A DNA stretch of 64,000 nucleotides, from positions 131,890 through 195,889 of the forward strand of contig JBGCFQ010000011.1 in the NCBI GenBank assembly GCA_045106985.1, given 5' to 3'. Positions 1 through 8,453 of this stretch are shown here, one piece after another (positions within the stretch are counted from its first letter, which is position 1; every line of letters starts with the position of its first letter). Both the position numbers and the translations under genes were made by a program. The DNA comes from Pseudomonadales bacterium (GTDB taxonomy: Bacteria; Pseudomonadota; Gammaproteobacteria; Pseudomonadales; JAUIET01). The notes under the pieces were generated by a model. The model was not told the DNA's origin. It saw nothing but the letters and a program-made list of their open reading frames with translations, and made no database searches.

Positions 1-263
1 AACACAACGCCGATGGCAGATCCCTTACCTTCCACCAGAGCATTGGTTGCCAGCGTGGTTGAAAGGGATACCAAGGATATATCGGCTGAGGATACTTGGC
101 CAACCGCCTCGTCTAGCACCTTCGCTAATGATGAAATAACGCCAATGCCTAGGTCACCGGTGGTTGTTACTGACTTTGCACTCGCCAACAGACATTGTTT
201 TTCAGTATCAACAATAACCGCGTCGGTGTAAGTTCCACCGGTATCAATTCCGATATTGAACAC
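1..263 (-). CDS. hydantoinase/oxoprolinase-family (ASKHA-fold) protein, N-terminal fragment; gene runs off the window start
   Basis: Absent from the ORF track because it has a GTG start and no in-window stop. Reverse translation from GTG (263-261) gives VFNIGIDTGGTYTDAVIVDTEKQCLLASAKSVTTTGDLGIGV...TLATNALVEGKG. This carries the IGIDTGGT(F/Y)TD N-terminal signature of hydantoinase A/oxoprolinase proteins. It begins 3 nt after the stop codon (267-269) of the upstream gene. Confidence 0.6.
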   Translation of the reverse strand, partial: MFNIGIDTGGTYTDAVIVDTEKQCLLASAKSVTTTGDLGIGVISSLAKVLDEAVGQVSSADISLVSLSTTLATNALVEGKGSAIGVV

Positions 264-266
264 GTC

Positions 267-2318
267 TTAGTCTCGTCGTCTTCTACGTCGCCTACCACCC
301 TCTCTCTCTGCGCTCACGGGTGTGGCTTTTGCAACGGGCCTATTTACAACTGAAAAGAGGTTTGGAAAATCGTCTGTTTTATGTGGAAACGCCATAGCGC
401 CAACAAAGTGTTCCTGGAACTTAGGCTCTACGGCCGTTTCAATTTTCTCTATGCGATCAACTAGGTCTTCTATCGTGCGTCGCGCTTGCTTATTTAACAG
501 CGCAATTCGCGCACCAGTGCCTGCAGCGTTGCCTGCGGAGGCAACTTTTTCCAAGGGGCAATCAGGAATCAATCCCAGAACCATCGCATGCTTGACGTCA
601 ATATGGCTACCAAAGGCACCGGCTAAACGAATACGATCAATTTGAGTAATCTCTAACTTTTCCATTAAGAGTTTTACACCGGCGTATAAAGCCGCCTTCG
701 CGAGCTGAATTTGACGCACATCATTTTGTGTCACCGAAATTACACGGTCGTCTTCGCCACTACCATCGTCGTACAAAACGTAAGACCAGGTCCGATCATT
801 GGGAATTACTCGAGCCGACTGGTGCTCTTCTTTACCAGCAAGGTCACCATCAATAACACCGTCTTCAGAAATTATTCCAGCAAGATACATCTCGGCAACT
901 ACCTCGATAATGCCAGACCCACATATTCCATTAACACCGAGCTTCTCAGCATGTTTTGCAAAACCCTCTTCATTAGACCAAAGCTCAGATCCTATGATAC
1001 TAAATCGCGGTTCCTTACTAACAGGATCAATACGAACACGTTCTATAGCGCCTGGGGCAGCTCTCTGTCCCGAGCTGATCTGTGCTCCTTCAAAAGCAGG
1101 ACCAGTAGGGCTGGAACAGGCTAACAATCTATCTTTGTTACCCAAAACAATTTCGGCATTGGTACCAACGTCAACCAACAAAGTGATTTCATCGAGCAAC
1201 TGCGGCTCTTCAGAAAGCACCATTGCAGCAGCATCAGCACCTACATGGCCAGCGATACATGGCAAGACGTAGGCCCGACCACCTGGATGAATCTCTAAGT
1301 CCAACTCACTGGCGTGAATATCCAGGGCATCATCAGTCGCTAGCGCAAAGGGCGCGCCGCCCAACTCCAACGGGCTTATACCTAGCAGTATATGATGCAT
1401 GACCGGATTGCCGACCAGTGTTAGCTCCAGTATCTCATTGCGCGCCGTATCGCTCTCCTCGGTTATCTGACCGATAAGCGCGTTCAAACCTTCGCGCACA
1501 ACATTTGTCATAGCCTCGGCGCCTTCTGGATGCATCATTACATACGAGACGCGGCTCATGAGGTCTTCGCCGAAACGAATCTGGGGGTTCATCATGCTGC
1601 CAGAGTGAACAACTTCGCCCGTTAACAAATTACACAAGTGTGCCGCTACCGTAGTAGACCCTACATCGACAGCCAGTCCGAAGGCACGCTCACGCAAACC
1701 TGGCCATAAGGCGATTATTTGAGTCTGTCGATACACCGCAGTAGTAACCGACCACTTTCCTTCACGAAGCGTCGGCTGCAAGGTTTTGAGTAAAGCAAAG
1801 TCGCAGCTCAGCCCAGTAAGCTGCCACTCGCGCTCGAGCGCTTCTTTAAGGCGCTGAAAATCACCTTTAGGCTCGTGCATATCGGCTTCAGCAACTTCAA
1901 CGTAGTGCAAACAAACGGCCGCGTCTAAAACGATATCTCGAAGGTCAGCGTCTTTTCGAACAATTTGCTTATGTACCTGACTGTCTGGCGGCACATCAAC
2001 GACTAAATCACCCTGTATCAACGATTGGCAACTGAGCCTGCGTCCTTTTCGCAGCTTCGACCGCCGCTCTTCAAAGCTCCGTTCGGTATCGGTAAAATCA
2101 TTAAGATGATCGAGGCTGGAGGTAAGACCGTGTTTTTGGAACTGCCCTTCGGAACATTCAATCTGACAGCGACCGCACAAACCACGGCCTCCGCAAATTG
2201 AGTCAATATCAACACCAAGATTCTGTGCCGCTTGCAAAACGGGTGTTCCCAACGCGAAGTTGCCACGCCGGCCTGATGGCATGAAAACTACTTTGGCTGT
2301 GTGCTCTGAGCTATTCAT
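267..2318 (-). CDS. corrinoid reductive activase (RACo/RamA-like): N-terminal plant-type 2Fe-2S ferredoxin domain plus ASKHA ATPase domain
   Basis: 683 aa. The N-terminus carries CGGRGLCGRCQIEC (2Fe-2S ferredoxin). The remainder looks like the COG3894/DUF4445 ASKHA domain (GLAVDVGSTT, LLVDVGTNAEIVLG). It ends in an Arg-rich tail, EREGGRRRRRRRD. The operon context is corrinoid methyltransferase genes. Confidence 0.8.
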   Translation of the reverse strand: MNSSEHTAKVVFMPSGRRGNFALGTPVLQAAQNLGVDIDSICGGRGLCGRCQIECSEGQFQKHGLTSSLDHLNDFTDTERSFEERRSKLRKGRRLSCQSLIQGDLVVDVPPDSQVHKQIVRKDADLRDIVLDAAVCLHYVEVAEADMHEPKGDFQRLKEALEREWQLTGLSCDFALLKTLQPTLREGKWSVTTAVYRQTQIIALWPGLRERAFGLAVDVGSTTVAAHLCNLLTGEVVHSGSMMNPQIRFGEDLMSRVSYVMMHPEGAEAMTNVVREGLNALIGQITEESDTARNEILELTLVGNPVMHHILLGISPLELGGAPFALATDDALDIHASELDLEIHPGGRAYVLPCIAGHVGADAAAMVLSEEPQLLDEITLLVDVGTNAEIVLGNKDRLLACSSPTGPAFEGAQISSGQRAAPGAIERVRIDPVSKEPRFSIIGSELWSNEEGFAKHAEKLGVNGICGSGIIEVVAEMYLAGIISEDGVIDGDLAGKEEHQSARVIPNDRTWSYVLYDDGSGEDDRVISVTQNDVRQIQLAKAALYAGVKLLMEKLEITQIDRIRLAGAFGSHIDVKHAMVLGLIPDCPLEKVASAGNAAGTGARIALLNKQARRTIEDLVDRIEKIETAVEPKFQEHFVGAMAFPHKTDDFPNLFSVVNRPVAKATPVSAEREGGRRRRRRRD

Positions 2319-2380
2319 AGACTTCTTCAGTGACTACTTCTTCAATGACCATATCTTCCATTATTGGAATAAAGAGACGA

Positions 2381-3286
2381 CTAACCGCGGCTGCGTCTTC
2401 TGCTTGAACGGCCACCACGTGCGCCGCTTTGATCTTCGGTCAATGGCTCACGATATTTTTTAATCCACTTTGAACAGTCCGGATCCCGTCCCATCATTAC
2501 GTCAGCTCCAAGAACGGCTTGCATAACCTCAGCATGCAGTGGGCTGGTAATTGCAGAGGTCATACCTGAAGAGATCGCCATTGTGAGAAACGCACTATTA
2601 ATGCCATTACGATTAGGCAGCCCGAAGCTTACGTTCGACGCCCCACAGGTAGTGTTAACCTTTAGTTCGTTGTGCAAACGACGGACTAGGTCCATGACTT
2701 GCACGCCCGATGTGTTAATAGCACCGATGGGCATAACCAACGGGTCAACGACAACTCGGTCACGCGAAATACCATAATCGGCAGCACGTTCTACAATTTT
2801 CTTTGCCACGTCGTAGCGAACATTGGGGTCTTGGGAAATTCCAGTCTCGTCATTTGAAATTGCAACCACCGAAGCTTCGTATTTCGCCACCAACGGTAGT
2901 ACACGATCCAAACTCTCGTCTTCACCCGTCACTGAATTTACTAGTGCTCGTCCCTGATACACAGAAAGCCCGCTTTCTAATGCCTCGATGATAGAAGAGT
3001 CTATACACAGTGGAACGTCGGTGATTGACTGAACCAGTTGTATCACCTCGGCAAGAATTCGAGGCTCGTCCGCAAGTGGAATACCGGCATTGATATCTAG
3101 CATTTGAGCACCAGCTTCAACTTGCGCAAGTGCATCTGCTTCCACACGACTGTAGTCACCGACCTTCATTTCTTCTGCTAATATTTTTCGGCCAGTAGGA
3201 TTGATACGTTCGCCAATTATTGTGAAACGTTCGTCAAAGCCAATTCTGACTTCTTTCGAAGGCGATGTGATTATAGTGGTTGTCAT
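2381..3286 (-). CDS. pterin-binding methyltransferase (methylcorrinoid:tetrahydrofolate methyltransferase, MtgA/AcsE-like)
   Basis: 301 aa. Shows the dihydropteroate-synthase-like pterin-binding fold pattern (IIGERINPTGRK, MLDINAG, ALVNSVTGE, CGASNVSFGLPNR). The C-terminus is basic: GARGGRSSRRRSRG. Confidence 0.8.
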   Translation of the reverse strand: MTTTIITSPSKEVRIGFDERFTIIGERINPTGRKILAEEMKVGDYSRVEADALAQVEAGAQMLDINAGIPLADEPRILAEVIQLVQSITDVPLCIDSSIIEALESGLSVYQGRALVNSVTGEDESLDRVLPLVAKYEASVVAISNDETGISQDPNVRYDVAKKIVERAADYGISRDRVVVDPLVMPIGAINTSGVQVMDLVRRLHNELKVNTTCGASNVSFGLPNRNGINSAFLTMAISSGMTSAITSPLHAEVMQAVLGADVMMGRDPDCSKWIKKYREPLTEDQSGARGGRSSRRRSRG

Positions 3287-3363
3287 AAAATTTCCTGCTG
3301 GGTGTTTTTAAGATTAATCTGATAGATGTCGATAATTTTCTAGAACATCTGCATTAAACCGCG

Positions 3364-4398
3364 CTATGCAACGGAAAGATCCGTAGGTTCATATAACCGT
3401 GGATGCCACGGAGTACGTCCCGCCAGAACTCCGGATCGCTCTACTATTTCAGGCACATTATGCTCTTGGCGGTACGCCATGATATGCACACCGTGCACAC
3501 CCTCTATTTCCTTTACTTCGTTGATGATATCGACGCATAGCTGAACACCCTCTTTAGCTTGGTCTTCGGCTCCTTTTAAGCGTTTAATCACAGCGTCAGG
3601 AATATGCACGCCGGCTACATTGGAACGTATCCATTCGGCTGTTCGTGCTGAGGCTAAAGGCCCCACTCCAACAAGAATAAACACCTTTTCATGCAGGCCC
3701 ATGTCACGGACTTTGTTCATATACGTTTTGAACATTTCAACATCAAAACAGTATTGAGTTTGAATAAACTGGGCACCCGCCTCTATTTTTTTCGCTAAAC
3801 GAAAAGGTCTGTAATCAAATGGAGGGGCAAATGGATTCGCAGCACCACCAAGAAACATATGCGGAGGGTGAGTCAGCTTGCGACCGCTAAGAAAGCGGCT
3901 CTCATCGCGCATCGTTCTTATCATTGACAGCGACGACATGCAGTCAAGATCGAACACGGGTTTGGCATCCGGGTGATCGCCACATTGAACGCCATCACCA
4001 CTCAGGCACAACACATTGGTCACACCCATTGCTGCGGCGCCCAAAACATCACCCTGGATGGCTATTCGGTTTCTATCGCGACCTGATATTTGAAGAACCA
4101 TTGCATAACCCTTACGAGTTAGCAGTGAACACATACCCACACTCGACATATGGCAATGCGCGCCAGACCCATCGGTGGCATTCATGGCGTCTACATAACC
4201 ATCAAAAATTTCAGCTCGTTCGTATACTTCAGCCGGATCGGCCGAGTCAGGTGGAGCAATTTCTGTTGTTACTGCGAAATGTCCTGCCCGCAAGACACGT
4301 TCTAGACGACCTGGCGATACATGCCCCGGAAGAATTGGCAGGGCATAGCCTGGAGGTGGCTCATCATCATAGATCGGAGAGCTTGGTACTTTGTTCAT
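3364..4398 (-). CDS. metF: methylenetetrahydrofolate reductase (MetF family)
   Basis: 344 aa. MetF-like TIM-barrel pattern (AVTTEIAPP, VDAMNATDG, ISGRDRNR, LCLSGDG, FLGGAANP, GAQFIQTQYCFD). Confidence 0.8.
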   Translation of the reverse strand: MNKVPSSPIYDDEPPPGYALPILPGHVSPGRLERVLRAGHFAVTTEIAPPDSADPAEVYERAEIFDGYVDAMNATDGSGAHCHMSSVGMCSLLTRKGYAMVLQISGRDRNRIAIQGDVLGAAAMGVTNVLCLSGDGVQCGDHPDAKPVFDLDCMSSLSMIRTMRDESRFLSGRKLTHPPHMFLGGAANPFAPPFDYRPFRLAKKIEAGAQFIQTQYCFDVEMFKTYMNKVRDMGLHEKVFILVGVGPLASARTAEWIRSNVAGVHIPDAVIKRLKGAEDQAKEGVQLCVDIINEVKEIEGVHGVHIMAYRQEHNVPEIVERSGVLAGRTPWHPRLYEPTDLSVA

Positions 4399-4443
4399 AC
4401 TTATCGAGTTCGTGGTAAAAGGACTAAGTAATAGAATTAATCG

Positions 4444-4899
4444 CTATAACGCATTTATTCGTTGTTCAACTGCACGTAGCCAGGCGGACTTGCCTTTAAG
4501 ACGAGAGTCCAACGGCGGCTGTATGATTTGAATGGCTTGGTCGTTTACAGGCAGGTTTTGTGTACCCTCCCAGGCAACAACCCATACACAATCCATCTCT
4601 GGCGTCACTTCGCACTTGCCATTGCTACGTACGCCGCCGCAGGGACCATTACGAATTGTCTTTGGGCAATTCATTGGGCAGGACATTCCAGTGGACCCTA
4701 AGGTGCATTGGCCGCAAGACTGTGAGTCGAACAACAGACTTTTAACGGGTTTTTCAATCGCAATTAGAATGCGATCTACGCGTTGCATGCCAATCTTTTC
4801 GAATAAAGGGTACAAACGGACCAACAAAGACTCCACGCCTTCGTAGACCGCGTGCATAAGCTTCGAGTGTCGAGCAGACCATTTTCTAGCTCGGTACAT
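4444..4899 (-). CDS. MetV-like Cys-rich protein (MTHFR C-terminal-domain family), probable small subunit of MetF
   Basis: The track ORF is 4444..5022. I trimmed it to the ATG at 4899 (MYRARKWSARH...), which overlaps the upstream stop by 14 nt. Contains a Cys cluster: CGQCTLGSTGMSCPMNCPKTIRNGPCGG...GKCEV...DCVW. Confidence 0.7.
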   Translation of the reverse strand: MYRARKWSARHSKLMHAVYEGVESLLVRLYPLFEKIGMQRVDRILIAIEKPVKSLLFDSQSCGQCTLGSTGMSCPMNCPKTIRNGPCGGVRSNGKCEVTPEMDCVWVVAWEGTQNLPVNDQAIQIIQPPLDSRLKGKSAWLRAVEQRINAL

Positions 4900-5227
4900 C
4901 GTCCCTCCCGGTTGCCACCGCAACGCCGCCATTCTTGACCATTTCATCCAAAACGGAATCTGGAAACTCGGCCTCAACCTTCGCCATTTCTTCCTGTGCA
5001 CAAGCATCAAGGTCGCCGTCACACTCTATGGGGGTCATCTCTTGACGCCACTGTTGTACATAAGAATCGGTATCACCCATGCCAGCGCGCATTGCAGCGC
5101 GGTCCACTGCCTCATGAAACCGTGCCGCGAACAGCGCCTTTCCTTTAGTGCGCCCGCGTTTTATATTTATTTGGGTAGGAATATCCCGCCAAAATACTGT
5201 AATTTTCTGAGCCCCGGATCGAGCCAT
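4886..5227 (-). CDS. small conserved protein, function unknown (resembles the family annotated 'virulence factor' domain that accompanies MetF/MetV; the name is from memory only)
   Basis: 113 aa. Operon position is between DUF1638 and the MetV-like gene, with a 14-nt overlap onto the next gene. N-terminus is ITVFWRDIPTQINIKRGR. Confidence 0.6.
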   Translation of the reverse strand: MARSGAQKITVFWRDIPTQINIKRGRTKGKALFAARFHEAVDRAAMRAGMGDTDSYVQQWRQEMTPIECDGDLDACAQEEMAKVEAEFPDSVLDEMVKNGGVAVATGRDDVPS

Positions 5228-5256
5228 AGTTACGCCCTACTCTATAATGTGTGCTG

Positions 5257-5877
5257 TTAGCCTTTCGCTATTAACGATTCAAGACTGGTTTGTAGCTCAC
5301 CGTAACCGGTGCGCTGGTATACATACTCAAGCTTTAATCTGTCAGCTGCTGCTTGCGCCTGCTTCTGTAAGTCCTGATCATCGGTTTGCGCGAGATAAAC
5401 AAGGCGTCGATAGTTCGCGAAGTACATCTCTTCCAATTCAGGATGCTTATCAATCTTCAAGCCACGAATCATTAGCCGATCAAAATGACGGGTTAAGAAA
5501 TCAGTCAGGTACAACGTACCCGGCTCTTGATCAGCCAATTCCAGAAAGTCTTGTTGCCCAGAAAAAAAAGAATAGCAGTGCGGACCAGGCAATCTCTCCA
5601 GGCCATACTCAGCTATTATTTTGTCGATTTCACCACCTGTTCCACAGTCTGCATAACCGACAAAGATTTGATCGTATTCATCACGATATTTACTTATCGC
5701 TTCACGCAATCGATCAGGAATCCATTCTGGGCGGTTATGCAACTCCGCTGGCAGGCACTGCAGTTTTAGATGCGACCAGCCATTCGATTTTTTTATTTGC
5801 TCTATTTCTTTAGCTATCGCGCCGCAGGCGATAATAAGAGTGTCTTGAGGCTTCTGAGCTGGATCGGCCATGGTCAA
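5257..5877 (-). CDS. DUF1638-family protein (commonly linked to corrinoid methyltransferase genes)
   Basis: 206 aa. Pattern: LIIACGAIAKEI...LHNRPEWIPDRL...YADCGTGGEID...PHCYSFF. Sits immediately downstream of the corrinoid protein. Confidence 0.7.
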   Translation of the reverse strand: MTMADPAQKPQDTLIIACGAIAKEIEQIKKSNGWSHLKLQCLPAELHNRPEWIPDRLREAISKYRDEYDQIFVGYADCGTGGEIDKIIAEYGLERLPGPHCYSFFSGQQDFLELADQEPGTLYLTDFLTRHFDRLMIRGLKIDKHPELEEMYFANYRRLVYLAQTDDQDLQKQAQAAADRLKLEYVYQRTGYGELQTSLESLIAKG

Positions 5878-5923
5878 GATCTTTCGGAGTAGCCTATGGC
5901 GAGTCAGACGAGCAACATCCGCG

Positions 5924-6628
5924 TCACGCGGACTGCTTCGTCTTCACCATAGCCAAACCCACGCTGGCTGCCGTTGCAGCATCTCGGCAATAGGCATCTG
6001 CGCCGACGGCTTCGCCGAACTCTTCGTTCAACGGCGCGCCGCCAACTAATACAATAAAGTCGTCGCGCATGCCCTTCTCTTTCAAGGTGTCAATCACTAC
6101 CTTCATATATGGCATCGTCGTGGTTAACAATGCAGACATGCCTAACACATCAGGCTTGTGTTCTTCGAGAGCATCGAGGTAGGAATCAACATCATTATTG
6201 ATTCCAAGATCAACAACCTCAAAGCCGTTGCCCTCCATCATCATGGTAACCAGGTTCTTACCGATATCATGAATATCACCTTTGACAGTACCGATGACCA
6301 TTTTGCCGATTGGCTTTGCGCCAGTTTCAGCAAGTAACGGCCGTAGAATACCCATTCCGCCTTTCATCGCGTTTGCCGAAAGCAACACTTCAGGCACAAA
6401 CAATATTCCATCGCGAAAATCGATACCAACAATTCGCATACCTTCAACTAGCGCATCTGCCAGCACCTTTTCCGGGCCCCAGCCTCTTGCTAGCAAGATG
6501 TTGGTACCTTCCATGATTTCATCTCGCATGCCATCATAAAGGTCGTCATGCATTTGTTCGACTAACTCGTCATCCGATAATTCTTCAAGATTGAGTTCTT
6601 CTTCGTCGTGGCCATCTTGTTCTGACAT
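5924..6628 (-). CDS. cobalamin-binding corrinoid protein (MtgC/MttC-like)
   Basis: 234 aa. Carries the B12-binding DxHxxG motif (GDIHDIGKN) followed by SALLTTT and GGAPLN. About 29 aa at the N-terminus form an acidic extension (MSEQDGHDEEELNLEELSDDELVEQMHDD). Confidence 0.85.
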   Translation of the reverse strand: MSEQDGHDEEELNLEELSDDELVEQMHDDLYDGMRDEIMEGTNILLARGWGPEKVLADALVEGMRIVGIDFRDGILFVPEVLLSANAMKGGMGILRPLLAETGAKPIGKMVIGTVKGDIHDIGKNLVTMMMEGNGFEVVDLGINNDVDSYLDALEEHKPDVLGMSALLTTTMPYMKVVIDTLKEKGMRDDFIVLVGGAPLNEEFGEAVGADAYCRDAATAASVGLAMVKTKQSA

Positions 6629-6690
6629 GGATTGATCCTCTTCTTATGATTGAGCTTAAGCAGCTCAGCCGATATTCTAGTAGTAAGTAT

Positions 6691-8247
6691 CTAGTATTCT
6701 TTATCTGGAAACGCTGACTTTCGTTGGTCGATAAATGCAATCAAAGCTTCATCTATAGCGGGGTCTAGTGCCGGCGCTTGGTAGTCCGACAACGCCGCTT
6801 TCCAGCGTTTATTCGCCAACTGCGCGCAATCAAGCGCCCCGTCTTCTTCCCATTGTTCAAAACTGTTATTGTCGGCTAAAGTCGAACGATAGAAAGCAGT
6901 CTCGAAATTTGCTTGCGTGTGTTCGGTGCCGAGGAAATGATTGCCCGGTTCAATCTCACGGAATGCACTCATCGCCTGGCCATTCTCAGACATATCCGGA
7001 CCTCGAAGCAATACACCAAGCATGTTAGCCTGATCAGCATCCATCATGAATTTTTCATAGCTCATGACCAAGCCGCCTTCAAGCCAGCCGGCCGTATGCA
7101 GCATAAAATTAACGCCAGCGAGAGCCGCTGTCTGTAAAGTGTTAGCCGCTTCATAGGCAGCTTGCGCATCGGGCAACTTCGAGGCGCACAAACCACCACC
7201 GCTCCTAAATGGTACACCTAGGCGACGCGCTAGTGCAGCGGCAATGTAAAGAATCATGCTGGGCTCAGGCACACCAAAGGTGGGCGCTCCGGACTGCATG
7301 GACACCGCGCTTGCAAATGTACCAAATACAACGGGGGCACCCGGGCGAACCATTTGAGCAAAGGCCATACCAGCCATTGCCTCTGCCAATATTTGAGTGG
7401 ATGTTCCGGCAACTGTCACCGGCGACATTGCGCCGGCAAGAATAAACGGCGATATTACAGTAGCCTGCATATTGCGCGCATACACCTTAAGCGCACCTAA
7501 CATCGTATCGTCAAACGTCATCGGTGAATTGGCGTTTATAAGGCTGGTGCAGACTGTGTTGTTTTCAACGAACTCATCGCCGAACACAATCTTAGCCATA
7601 TCAACTGTGTCCTGGGCTCGCTCTGGCGCGGTCACCGAACCCATAAATGGCTTGTCGCTGTATTTTATATGGCTATACACCATATCAAAGTGACGTTTGT
7701 TCACTGGAAGATCGACCGGCTCGCACACTGTGCCGCCTGAATGCTGCAGGCCATCGCTTAAGTAAGCCAATTTTACGAAGTTACGGAAATCTTCAATCGA
7801 TGCGTAGCGTCGACCTTTATCGAGATCTCTCACAAAGGGAGAACCGTAGGCCGGCACCATAACTGTGCGGCGGCCACCAATGATTGTACTTTTGGCGGGG
7901 TTACGAGCGTGCTGGGTGTATTCAGAGGGTGCAGACGCTTGAATTATGCTGCGACAAAGGCCACGTGGAAAACGAACACGTTCACCCTGAACGTCGGCGC
8001 CACCGGCTTTAAGAATATCGAGCGCTTCCTGGTCGTCGCGAAAATCGATACCTATTTCTTCTAATAAGGTATCAGCATTATGTTCAATTAAGGCCAATCC
8101 CGACTCATCGAGCATTTCGTAGTAAGGTATATTGCGATCGATGTAGGGCAAGTAATTGGTTTGATTGCCCTGCCGCGAAGCTTGTTTACCGCTTCGTCCA
8201 CCCGCTTTTCTTCGACTACGTCTTTCGCTCATAGGGCACAATTCCAA
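6691..8247 (-). CDS. MttB-superfamily (trimethylamine methyltransferase family) substrate:corrinoid methyltransferase, non-pyrrolysine type
   Basis: 518 aa, continuous ORF with no in-frame TAG. Family pattern: NIPYYEMLDESGLALIEHNADTLLEEIGIDF...FPRGL. The N-terminus is Arg/Lys-rich (SERRSRRKAGGRSGK). An alternative start is the ATG at 8232. Confidence 0.8.
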   Translation of the reverse strand: MELCPMSERRSRRKAGGRSGKQASRQGNQTNYLPYIDRNIPYYEMLDESGLALIEHNADTLLEEIGIDFRDDQEALDILKAGGADVQGERVRFPRGLCRSIIQASAPSEYTQHARNPAKSTIIGGRRTVMVPAYGSPFVRDLDKGRRYASIEDFRNFVKLAYLSDGLQHSGGTVCEPVDLPVNKRHFDMVYSHIKYSDKPFMGSVTAPERAQDTVDMAKIVFGDEFVENNTVCTSLINANSPMTFDDTMLGALKVYARNMQATVISPFILAGAMSPVTVAGTSTQILAEAMAGMAFAQMVRPGAPVVFGTFASAVSMQSGAPTFGVPEPSMILYIAAALARRLGVPFRSGGGLCASKLPDAQAAYEAANTLQTAALAGVNFMLHTAGWLEGGLVMSYEKFMMDADQANMLGVLLRGPDMSENGQAMSAFREIEPGNHFLGTEHTQANFETAFYRSTLADNNSFEQWEEDGALDCAQLANKRWKAALSDYQAPALDPAIDEALIAFIDQRKSAFPDKEY

Positions 8248-8453
8248 AACGCTGGCAAATCACTGTCAGCGGCAATAAAACAGCCACGCACAGGCTACTA
8301 CTAAGGTCGCCCAGCGACCAAAAAACGAAATATAGTGAGTGTTTACCCCGTGGTCAAATCACTTATTTTCTTTTAGCAAATGAATTATTTCGATATAAAG
8401 CCTCAGTTATAGCAATTTGCTTGGTATTAGCCGCTCGCGCTCTGCGACTGAAA

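Noticed and set aside
13-231. Track ORF on the + strand (72 aa).
   Set aside because: It lies antisense to a much better reading frame, the hydantoinase-family N-terminus with the IGIDTGGTYTD motif on the minus strand. It has no recognisable features of its own.
799-1272. Long antisense ORFs inside confident genes (for example 799..1272, 711..1124, 3924..4418, 40382..40843, 54157..54711 and 58353..58880).
   Set aside because: They lie opposite strongly supported coding frames and have skewed, low-complexity composition. These are typical shadow ORFs in mid/high-GC coding DNA.
6691-8247. Possible pyrrolysine (in-frame TAG) in the MttB homologue.
   Set aside because: The ORF is uninterrupted for 518 aa. 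No pylTSBCD-like genes are in the window, so this is a non-Pyl family member.
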